DNA of 64,000 bases. It comes from Felis catus (lineage: Eukaryota). The stretch lies in assembly GCF_018350175.1 (NCBI RefSeq), contig NC_058368.1:70744001-70808000 (forward strand), given 5' to 3'. A model generated the notes under the pieces. That model worked only from the letters and a program-made list of their open reading frames with translations, made no database searches and was not told the origin of the DNA. Below, piece after piece: positions 12,846 to 24,800 of this stretch; positions within the stretch are counted from its first letter, which is position 1, and each line of letters starts with the position of its first letter. Position numbers and translations under genes: made by a program.

Positions 12846-15800
12846 CCTCTCTCCCTCTCTGTCTCTCTCAAAATAAGTAAATAAACTTTAAAAAAAAATC
12901 TTAAAAAAAAGAAGGACACCTGAGTGGCTCAGTCATTTGAGTGACCATCACCAGTTCAGGTCATGATCTCACAGTTCGTGAGTTTGAGCCCCACATGGGC
13001 TTAGCACAAGGCCCACTTTGGATGCTCCGTCCCCTTCTCTCTCTGCCACTTCCCTGCTCATGCTGTCTCTCAAAAATAAAACGTTAAAAAAATTTAAAAA
13101 TAAATAAAAGAAACAAAATAAAACAGGCATAGAAGGTGGTATGAAAATGTCAAAGATTTATGCAACAGGCATTTGGGAGAGCAACACTTTTTTCTTTTAA
13201 AGTTTATTTTTGAGAGAGAGCAGGAGCAGGTGAGGGGCAGACAGAGAGGAGAGAAAATCCCAGTCAGGCTCCACCTGCACAGAGCCTGACGCAGGGCTTG
13301 AACCATGAGATCATGACCTGAGCCAAAACCAAGAGTCAGATGCTTAACACAACTGAGCCACCCAGGTGTCCCAGCAACACTATGTTTAAGTCTGGATTAA
13401 TATAAACTTTAATTGAGAATTTCCTGATGGTAGATGATTTATATAGGTTCTTTGGGAATTCAAGGAAGTGCTTTCATTAATGGAGAAGTTTCTTAGGGAA
13501 GTAGAAGTTCATTTTATGAGAATCTTAGGCAGTATTCCTCCTCTTTTTTTATAAAATGTCTTGCCAATTGAATATAGTTGAGACATTTACTCTCCCTTTA
13601 TAGTGTGTAATTTTGCAAGCCTAGTGCAAGAAACACTGTATATTTCTTTTTAGGTATTAAGAGTTCATTGTGGGTGATACCTGCCAGATGCTCAGTGTAT
13701 CTAAATTATGACTCTGGTATCTCATTGACATGGATAGATGACATCAAAGAGCATAAAGAATAAGTTATGCCACTCAATTTTCTGAAAAAAATGAATACAG
13801 CTCTAAATTTTGATATCTAAGTTAAACTTTTACTAGTTAAAATTTAAAGCAAGACTTTTAAAAAATACAGGTAACTAGGGGCTTTTAGGAATTCTTACTG
13901 TTTTTATTTGCTGCTTAATCTCATTTTGATTTTCCCCGAGACTTGAGTTAGAGCTAAACTCTCTAAAACTCCTGACTAAACCAAGTTATGATAATGAGAA
14001 ATTACATTTGTTAACTGAATGGAAGGTCAAGCTTTGAGCGGAAATGTTTGGATTCTTAATATACTTTGTCAGCAAATGCTTAAAGAGTTTTGTTTTGTTT
14101 TATCCCCCTAGGAAGATAAAAACATCAGATGGGCTTCTAGATGGGACTATATACTGGAATCTATGCCTCATACCCACATTCAGTGGTTTAGGTAAGAGTA
14201 CAGAGTTAATCCACTTTATGCTTTGTGCTTGTTCTGTGTTTTGTCCCTTTGAATATCACTTTCACTCTGTAATCCTCTCCAGTTATCCAGAAGTCTGGGC
14301 TTTTGAATTGGATAGACTTGTGTTCAATCCTGGCTTTAAATCATTGGTTGTAAGTCGGTCCAGGCCACCCAGTTTCTCAGAGTCCATTTCTTTTTTTTTT
14401 TTTTTTTTTTTTTTAATTTTTTTTTTTCAACGTTTATTTATTTTTGGGACAGAGAGAGACAGAGCATGAACGGGGGAGGGGCAGAGAGAGAGGGAGACAC
14501 AGAATCGGAAACAGGCTCCAGGCTCCGAGCCATCAGCCCAGAGCCCGACGCGGGGCTCGAACTCATGGACCGCGAGATCGTGACCTGGCTGAAGTCGGAC
14601 GCTTAACCGACTGCGCCACCCAGGCGCCCCGACAGAGTCCATTTCTTTATGTGGAGTTACCTGCTTCACAAGACTGTTCTGAGGATTAACAGAGATAATG
14701 AAACAGAGCATCTGAGCACCTTACTGGAAGTGGAAGAGTGCTCAATGAACAGAAGCTACTGCTCATGTTATGTCTACTTACAATTACTCTCTCTTCAAAG
14801 CATGATTCAAAATTTTTGCCTGGAAAGCTACTCATGGTGCCATCACTCTTTTTCCTATTTTGTTGACTGCCTTTTGACACTCATTAATTTATTGAATAAA
14901 TTTGTTATAATTTCTTGAAGATACAGACCTTTATTGGTCCTTGCAGCATTACATTTATATGGGCATAGTGGTTATTTACTAATAATGGCCATAGACAAAA
15001 AAAATTGTAGTTCTTGGGGCGCCTGAGTGGCTCAGTGGTTTAAGCGTCTGACTTCGGCTCAGGTCATGATCTCACAGTTCCTGAGTTTGAGCCCCGCATC
15101 GGGCTCTGTGCTGACAGCTCAGAGCCTGGAGCCTGCTTTGGATTCTGTGTCTCCCTCTCTCTCTCTGCCTCTCCCCCGCTTGTGTGCTCGCTCTCTCTCT
15201 AAATAAACATTAAAAAATTTCTAGTTAACAAATTATAAGATTATTATGATAATTATATAAACTTCTGTATCCACTAGAAGGACACATAACAGAGCACAAC
15301 TCATTGAATCTGTTGGATTTTTAGTCAAATTTTGATTTTGATCAATGTTGTTGTAATGTGCCTGAATAAACATTTTGAAAAGGAAACAAAGCTACAGATT
15401 AATCCTGACATGCTTATTCCTACAGTATCATGAATTCCCTGGTCATTGTCCTCTTCTTGTCTGGAATGGTGGCTATGATTATGCTACGGACACTGCATAA
15501 AGATATTGCCAGGTATAATCAGATGGATTCTACGGTGAGTGAAACATTTGAACTATTCTCTAGTCTTCTGAGAGTAGTTCTTATTTTGTTCTTTGGAAAA
15601 GTTGAAATAATAGCTTTAGACAGAATCTGCCTCTAAAACATTCTTCTCAAAAGTTACCCTGAATTCACATTTTCAAATAAGAAGATGATCCTTAAGAGTT
15701 GGTGTTCCTAGGGGCGCCTGGGTGGCTCAGTCGGTTGAGCGTCCAATTTAGGCTCAGGTCATGATCTCGCGGTCTGTGAGTTCAAGCCCCATATTGCGCT

Positions 15801-18800
15801 CTGTGCTGACAGCTCAGGGCCTGGAGCCTGCTTCTGATTCTGTGTCTCCCTCGCTCTCTGCCCCTCCCCCGCTCATGCTCTGTCTCTCTTTCTCTCAAAA
15901 AAAAAAAAAAAAAGAGTTGGTATTCTAGTATATGTGCTGCCGAAGCGAACACAAAAGAGTTGGTATTCTATAGGGGTGCCTGGGTGGCTCAGTCAGTTAA
16001 GCGTCCAATTTCGGCTTAGGTCATGATCTCATGGTTCGTGGGATTGAGCCCCATGTCAGGACTGTGCTGATAGCTCAGAGCCTGGAGCCTGCTTTGGATT
16101 CTGTGTATGTCTCTCTCTGCCCTTCCCCACTCATACTCTCTCTCTCTCCCAAAAATAAATTAAAAAAAAGAAACATTAAAAAATATTCTCTAGAGGTCTT
16201 CTCTAGAAATTTAGTCACTCTAGTACTCAGAGCTGCACTGCTCACAGCTCCAGTTCTGTCCCCTCTATTCATGTATGTCCTGTCACCTCTCTCAGTCTTC
16301 ATTCCCAGCATGCCCCCAGTTTGTGAAACAGCAAAGCTGAGTGGAATAACTCCCAGGCAATTTTTATTTGTGTGTTTAATTTTTCAAAAGTAATTTTAAC
16401 TGAATTTTATCATTTCAACCTTTTGGTATATTCAGAGTAATTTAGTGTCCCAACCTCATTTATTCTCAAAGTGTATTTTTTTTAATTTTCATTTTTTTAT
16501 TTTTTTAGAGAGAGAGTGTGTGCAAGCAGGGGAGAGGGGCAGAGGGAGAGAGAAAGAATCTTAAGCGGGCTCCACACTCAGTTTGGAGCCTGATGAGAGG
16601 CTTGATCCCATGACCCTGAGATCATGACCTGAGTTGAAATTTGAGAGTCGGATGCTGTACCGACCAAGCCACCCAAGTGCCCCTCAAAATATTTTAAATT
16701 GGGGACACCTCGTGGCTCAGTTAGTTAAGCATCCAGTTCTTAGTTTCGGCTCAGGTCATGATCTCGTGGTTCGTGGGTTCAAGCCCCACATTGGGCTTTT
16801 TGATGACAACGTAGAGCCTACTTGGGATTCTCTCTCCCTCTTTCTCTGCCTTCCCTCACTCATGTGCTCACTCTCTCTCTCTGTCTCTCCCTCAAAATAA
16901 GTATATACTTGGAAAAAAAAGAATTTTAAGTTGTATAATGTTTTACATTTTATACTTTTTCATTTTATAGCAATTATTTCCACAGGACTTGTAGTGACTT
17001 GTAATGAATACAAAAAATTCAGATTTTATGTTTTCTTTTCCTGATTTCTTGGCTTTTTCTTCTCAACTTTTCTGTCCTATTCTAATTAGAAAAAGAACAT
17101 GCTAATACTTATTGTCTTTTTAGCATTTCCACCCTAAAGTCTCTTTTTCATTATTTTTATTGATTATTAAATATTAAAATAATTTCAGAATACTCTCTCA
17201 TAATTAGCAATTTCAAATGATTGCTCAGCTAATGGTATTTTTTTTCTTAATTTGTACAAAGGTGCCATGGGATGCAGGCCAGGGCAACCCTGCTTCCACT
17301 TTTTCCTCTTCCATTCCTTTTTCCTCCCTTATTGTAGCGGTCAGAGCAGATCTGTTCAGATATAAGTCAGATTGTTTCACTCCTGTTCACAGCCCTCCAG
17401 TAGCTTCCCATTTCACTCAGCATGAAAGCCAGAGTCTTTACAGGGGCTAGTGTTGGTTCTGTTGAAATATTTTAGAAGTAGAGCTGAGGATTTGTTGAAG
17501 AACTGTATTCAAGGTGTTAAAAGAAGGAATCAAGGAGGATTCCAGGGTTTTGGGGACTGAACAGCTGGCAAGATGGAGCTTCTACAGGGTTGGGGGTGGC
17601 CTGCAGAAAGAGCAAATATAGATGGGGAGAGAAAATCCATTCAGTTGTGGTTAATTCTGTTCAGGATGCTTGTTAAATAACCAAGTGGAACTGTTTTTAG
17701 GCAATTGTATATGTATTTCTGAGATCAGGGGAGCAGTTAGGGCTGGTGACACAAACTTCTTCATATGCTCATATTTAAGCCTACTGTACCTGGCAAAGTA
17801 GCCATGAAGTCTAATACCATTTGCTCATTTTGGAGATTAATAGATGTAGATGGGAAAGGGTAGAGTGTGAGTAAAAATTAAGTCATCAATTTGGATCATA
17901 AAGTTTGACTAGAACGAGGTAAGTATCACATTATCTTTGTATTTTTTTTTTAAGTTTTTCAATGACTGTATTTATGGAACTTAACATACAACATTCCTTT
18001 AAAAACAATTCAAGAAAACTATATAAAGCTCTGTGAGTCAAACTTTATAACATAAAGCTTAGGAATAGAAATCAGTATTAACATTTGTAAGTTTAAAAAA
18101 AATTTGTATCAGCATATTCACCAGTGAACAAACTGTATAGCTGTTTTGGTGACCACATATCAATTAAACAAGTTCATTCCCTTTTTAGGAGGATGCCCAG
18201 GAAGAATTTGGCTGGAAACTGGTTCATGGTGATATATTCCGTCCTCCAAGAAAAGGGATGCTGCTGTCAGTCTTCCTGGGATCAGGGACACAGATTTTAA
18301 TTATGACTTTCGTGACTCTATGTAAGTATTAAGTGACAATTAAAAAATAGAAAATACTTTCTCTAAATAATTTAGAAAAACAGTTTTCATAAGTGAAGTA
18401 GCTAGACTAGATTGTATCTAAGAGTACTTTTGGCTTTTACATGTGTGTGCTCTGGCTATACGTTTCTTGGGGCAGTGTTAGCTGTGCTGGAAAACTGTGA
18501 CTTCATATCTCCTTTACAGCTGCACAGAGACCAAGCCTTTGTCAAGGAGTTGGAGCTGGAGATGATTAGGTACCTGAAGACCATCTGGGTCTGAGTCTGG
18601 GTGGCTTGGAACCAGGGTCATGTAGGATGACTGTCCCATGCCACCAGGAGCAGTAGGATCAGGATTCCAGGATGTTTTTGGCTTCTACTGAGAGAGACCA
18701 AAAGAAAAAGAGGAACTTTCTGTAGCTTTGTTCCAGAGAGATCTTCCCACACAAAAAATAGCTCCTCCTTGTGCCACCTGAAAATCTTCAGAAGTGTTAT

Positions 18801-21800
18801 TACTTAAATGTTTGTCAATTAGGACAACTTTTTTTTTTTTTAAGTGTTTGTTTATTTTTGAGAGGGAGGGAGGGAAGGAGAGGGTCCAAAGCAGGCTCGG
18901 CACTGAGAGTGCAGAGCCCAGGGTGGGGCTCAAACCCATGAACTGTGAGATCATGACCTGAGCCAAAGTCAGACGCTTTGGATGAGTCACCCAGGCACCC
19001 CTAGAACAACCTTTAAAAAAAAAAAAAAAATAGCTCCTCCTCCCCCCCCTCCCCCTTAGAGTTATTGGTTAGCCTGGGAATACAGTATTTTTTCAGTTTT
19101 TCCTAATTGTGAGAGAAAAAAAATGTTCATGGAATTTTCTAAATTTTGCTTTTATTTCCCTTATGTTTCCTTTATTGGTCCTTCTACTAATGAACAGTAA
19201 CAAATGAATTTTTACTATAAGTACATAAGTAAATGAAATAAATGAATTATTACTGGAAGAATTCAGAAACCACTGACCTTTTAATAATTTTTTTTAATAA
19301 AATTTATTGTCAAATTGGCTAACATACAGTATGTACAGTGTGCTCTTGGTTTTGGGGGTAGATTTCTGTGATTCATTGCTTACATACAACATACATACAT
19401 ACAACAGTGAGAGTACATGAGTGAGGGAGGGGCAGAGGAAGAGGGAGGGGAAGAGAGAATCTTAGTAGGCTCTATGCCCAGCAAGGAGCCCAACATGGAG
19501 CTCCATCTCGTGACTGAGATCATGATATTAGCTGAACTTAAGAGTAGGACATTAAACCGACTGAGTCACCCAAGTGATCCTAATAATTTTTTTTTTTAAT
19601 GTTTATTTATTTTTGAGAAACAGTGTGAGTAGGGAAGGGCAGAGAGAGAATGGGAGACATGGAATCCGAAGCAGGCGCCAGGCTCTGAGCTGTCAGCACA
19701 GGGCCCGATGCGGGGCTTGAACCCACGAACTGTGAGATCATGACCTGATCTGAAGTCAGAAGCTCAACCGACTGAGCCATCCAGGCACCCTGCTCCTAAT
19801 AATTTTTTAATGAACATTTGTTCTTATGTTTGATTGCATATTAAATATATAATGCTAAAATCATTTTATGTTAATAAAATTGTTCCAAATTTTTATGATG
19901 GAATAACTATATAAATACTTTACAAAGAGGGTTCACACTTCCAAATATCTGGCACCTGAATAAGTTTGAGAACCATTGATGTATACCTTTAGGTATACAT
20001 CACTTTGAAGCCTAACCTGAAGATTAACTAGAACTAGTATCTTTATCTATTTAGATAAGGAGATACAACTATGATGGGGAGGGCTAAAATTCTTAAGTAT
20101 ATTATACTGAAGAGGGTAGGTTGGGAGAAGGCATCATGACAGAGGTTTGGACACAACCAGAGGATAGCGTGAAAGCTAGTTGGGGATCACTAGATCCCCA
20201 GAGAGCCAGGGTAGAGCTGGAGGAGCAGAATGGATGCCTTAGGATAAAATGTTGCTTGAAAATTTTATTGGGAGTTGCCTTCAGTCATCACCTGATCTTT
20301 GTTGGAGTCTGCTAGAAAATGAACTTGTAAGGAAGGAAAGTTTCAGAGCGCCTGGGGATCATTTTCCTTAAATGCTCAAATATGAACTCTCTCCTCCAGA
20401 ATAGTCCGTTTCTTAGTCTTGTGGGGATTAGGGGGGTGGGGGATGCATTTTGGTTGAAAATCTGATCGGTTTCCTGCTGATCATGAGTTTCTAGTCTTGC
20501 CCCTTGGTTGCTGTTGATGAGAACGTGTGAGTGGACATGTGCCTCATTATGTATACCTCAGAGAAATACATGCTCCTGGGGTTAGAAAACCGCTTGAATT
20601 TCTTTCTGAGAAAAGTCATAACTTCTGAATTCCAGCTTAAAGCCAGGAATGTCTACAAATACAAGGTAGTATTTTTATTCTTATTAGGTAGGTTATATAA
20701 GGAAGAAAAATAAAACTAACCAATTAAATAAGGGGAGAAACCAGAATTTCCCTGAGTCAATGACCAAGTCCTTCAGTAACTTGTGTTCAGAAAGCTAATA
20801 GTATTATGAAATGTTTTTTGTTTTATTCATTGATCAGATTCTATCTTGTCTCTTGTGTTTGAAGGTTATAGTTCTCACTCCAGAGGACCCAGTATTGTTT
20901 TTAAAGTGGGAATATTTCATGGTGGGAATGTCTATATTCATATTAATTTTAATGTTTTTTATTTTTATTTTTTTGAGAGAGAGCATGAGTGGGGGAGGAG
21001 CAGAGAGAGGGAGACACAGAATCCAAAGCAGGCTCCAGGCTCTGAGCTGGACTTGGGGTCTGAATGCACAAACTGCAAGATCATGACCTGAGTCAAAGTT
21101 GGATGCCTAACCAACTGAGCCACCCAATTTTAAAATCTCCGAAGAGCTGAAGAGCGGAAAGCACTCGTGAGCATCCAGTCAGCCTTCCCTGATGGCAGGA
21201 AAGGTGGGGTCTTGTGGACCCTACAAGAAGCATCCAAAGTAGAGATTGCTTTATTTATGATCCTATTGGTGAAATACCTAAAAATAGTGCTAAGATTTAG
21301 CGTGGCCATAGGTAAGATAGTGTATTCATGAAATTGTATTTGGTTTCTTGTTTAAAAAATGAAAGGGGGGGCGCCTGGGTGGCGCAGTCGGTTCAGCGTC
21401 CGACTTCAGCCAGGTCACGATCTCGCGGTCTGTGAGTTCGAGCCCCGCGTCCGGCTCTGGGCTGATGGCTCAGAGCCTGGAGCCTGTTTCCGGTTCTGTG
21501 TCTCCCTCTCTCTCTGCCCCTCCCCCGTTCATGCTCTGTCTCTCTCTGTCCCAAAAATAAATAAACGTTGAAAAAAAAAAAAAATTAAAAAAAAAAAAAA
21601 AAAAATGAAAGGGGTCTTCAGTCCCTTCACAACAAAGGAAACTAATAAAATTTATGACTTAAAACTACTTATTTTTTAGTTTTCGCTTGCCTGGGATTTT
21701 TGTCACCTGCCAACAGAGGAGCATTGATGACTTGTGCTGTGGTCCTGTGGGTGCTGCTGGGTACTCCTGCGGGCTATGTTGCTGCCAGATTTTATAAGTG

Positions 21801-24800
21801 TAAGTAAAAGTCACCCTGACTGTCAGGCTAGGAACCTACTCTGCTACATCACCGCATCTGTTCTTGAAACAATATGTTTTATAGGTGTGTATCTTTATTT
21901 AAAAGAAACTTGTAAAACGGATGGCCATCTCTAGATTTATTTGTTAAAAACTGTTTGAACAGTGAGGTAAGCAAATTTAGGTGTTGCTTATCCACAATCC
22001 CCCTTGTCCTTTTTCTTTTACATTTTGACAAAAGAGATTTGACTGAACAACTTAGATTTGCTACATTCATAGAAACATATATAGACTAATAAAGGAAGAA
22101 AGTATACTTATGAGTATCACTGATTTATTAACTAAAACAAGTAATACATATAGTAACACTTTTCTTACATAAAGAGGTTGTGCTTATAATTGCATCAATT
22201 TAATATTTGGAAAAATAGACTGTACTTAAACTAAGATTGCACTATTTTAAAGAGCCCTGAAGTAATTTAATTTGCTTTTATAATGTAATTAGTGGTAATC
22301 TGTTGTATCCTTGCTTTCTAAAAGAAAAATAAAGTTGAGTGAAAAAAAAGCATCAGGGCCACAGAGTAAGGATGGGGTATGACTAGATGACTAGAAAAAG
22401 CAGCTTTGCTAGGGGCAGTGAATGCCAGTGTTTGCTGTGGAATTCTGAAGTCTATCGAGATAGTCTCATAGCTAATCTGTAATTTAAAGTGACAAGGAGG
22501 AGGTAAAAAAATCCTATCCTCTGAAAAAGACACTGATGAAAGAAATTGAAGATAATGGAAAGACATGTTCATGGATTAGAAGAAGTAATATTGATAAAAT
22601 ATTCATACTACTGAAAGCAATCCACTGGTTCTGTGCATTCCTTATCAAAATATACTAAGAGTATTTTTCACAGAACTAGAAAAAAATAACCCTAAAATTT
22701 GTATGGAATCATGAAAGACCCTGAATATCCCAAGCAATCTGGAGAAAGAACAAAACTGGAGGTACCATGATCCAAGATTTCAAGGTACATGACAAAACGG
22801 TAGTATGGTACAGTACAGTATGGTGCTGGCACAAAAACAGACACACGGATCAGTGGAACAGAACAGAAAGCCCAGAAATAAACTCACACTTAATATGGTC
22901 AATTAATCTGCGACAATGAGGCAAGAATATATAATGGGAAAAAAAGACAGTCTCTTTAAAAAATGGTGCTGGGCAGCACATGGAAACTGGACAGCTACAT
23001 GCAAAAGAATGAAACTGGACTACTTTCTTGCACCATACACAAAAGTAAGCCTAAAAAGGATTAAAGGCCTAGATGTGAGACCTAAAACCACAAAACTCTT
23101 AGAAGAGAGAACACAGGCAAGTAATCTCTTTGACATTAGCCTTAGTGGCATATTTATGTTGTTTTCCCTGCCATTCCTCAGGCAGGGGAAACAAAAGCAA
23201 AAATAGAACTATTGGAACTATACCAAAATAAATATTATTGTCCATTTGCACAGTAAAACACAAATATCTTCTATGATTTTGCTTATGTAGAGTCTAAAAA
23301 AACAGAACAAACAAAAAAATGGACCCTTAAATACAGAGAACAAACCGGTGATTGCCAGAGGGGAGGTTGTTGGGGAGATGGGTGAAATAGATGAAAAAGG
23401 ATTAAGATGTACAGACTTTCAGTTGTAAAATAATTCACGGAGGTGAAAAATACAATATAGGAAATGTGGCCAATAGTACTGTTGTGACAGATGGTGACTA
23501 CACTCTATCATGGTGAACATCGAGTAATATATAGAATTGGGGAAATCAGTTTGTTGTACACCTGAAACTAATATAACATTGTGTCAGTTATATACGTCAG
23601 TAATAAATTAGGGGGAAAAAAAGGGCCCACCATAAGCAAAAACAAACAAACAAAATGGAAGATGGGACAGAACTACGGTTGATGTGAAGAAGGTTTGAGG
23701 TAAAACACAGGTTACATAGGCAGCCCTAAAAGTGACGTTGGCTAGACTCAACTCCAAGTAGAAATATTTGTTAGAGTTTGCCAGGTACAGTGCTCTCTGA
23801 AAATGAGACGTGCTATATGTATGTGTGTCTGTGTTTTACTTTTTGTGTATTTTGTCCCAAGTTTTTTTTTCTTTTTCATCCTTTCCTAAAGGACAGAAGG
23901 TTGTGGGTGTCACGTGTAGTTTAACACACATGAGCTGAGCCACAGTTGGACCCCCACCTCCCATACAGCACTCCCTCTTTCTCAACCATGCAGGCCTTCT
24001 TCCTGTATCTTCACACCTGCCCCAGGAACTCCCCGTTTCCTGTTCCCTGTGTGAGAAGCTCTAGCTCATGCTCCCTCCCAGCCCAGACGCAGTCCCTCTT
24101 TAACTCCTGCTCCATCCTTCAGATCCCCCAGCTGCCCATTAATCAGGCAGAACATTCAAGAGGTGCTGTCATGTGGCCCCAGTCACAAAATACTTCATTT
24201 TATAGAATCATTTCTAATGTTTCAAAAATATTATTTGAATTTTGATTGGAATTGTATTAAACCCTGAATTAATAATTTCATAATAGTCTCTTAATCAGTA
24301 ATGCTGCAAATTCAAATCACATGTATATAATTTGTCATTTTGTTTTAAGGCAAGTGGTACTTATAAACTATTACAACTTTTTAAAGAAATCAGAGCTGTT
24401 CTCACACCTCAGCCAGTTTCATCTTCAGCTTTTAAGCTGGAAGCAGAAAACCATTTTTTACTCTGTGTACTTGAAAAAAAAGTTAAGTGGGGAAAAGAAA
24501 TTAGAGAGGGACAAAGCATATTAAAAAGTTCATGAGCAAATTTGTTCTGTTAGGTGGCCATAACTGTCCTATTCTTCTCAGTCACCTGATCTGACATACC
24601 CAAGCCCCACCCCCACCTCTAGCCCCTCCCAGTAACTGCAGTGGTACATGAGCCCTGAAGATTTAGACCTGCTGTGGAAACTTAAATGTGTTGCACTTGA
24701 GGCTTGCAGGTTCCTAGTTGTATAACAGATTTTGAAACTGGCCACAAGATAAAGGAGAATCCTCAGTATGCCCTTTCTCTACCCAGTTCCATGGATTGGA

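Noticed and set aside
17912..17924. Consensus donor GAG|GTAAGT in intron 9
   Set aside because: No convincing pyrimidine tract or acceptor upstream to define an exon.
22916..23206. L1 ORF2-like peptide
   Set aside because: A short decayed fragment surrounded by stops and frameshifts; not an active L1.
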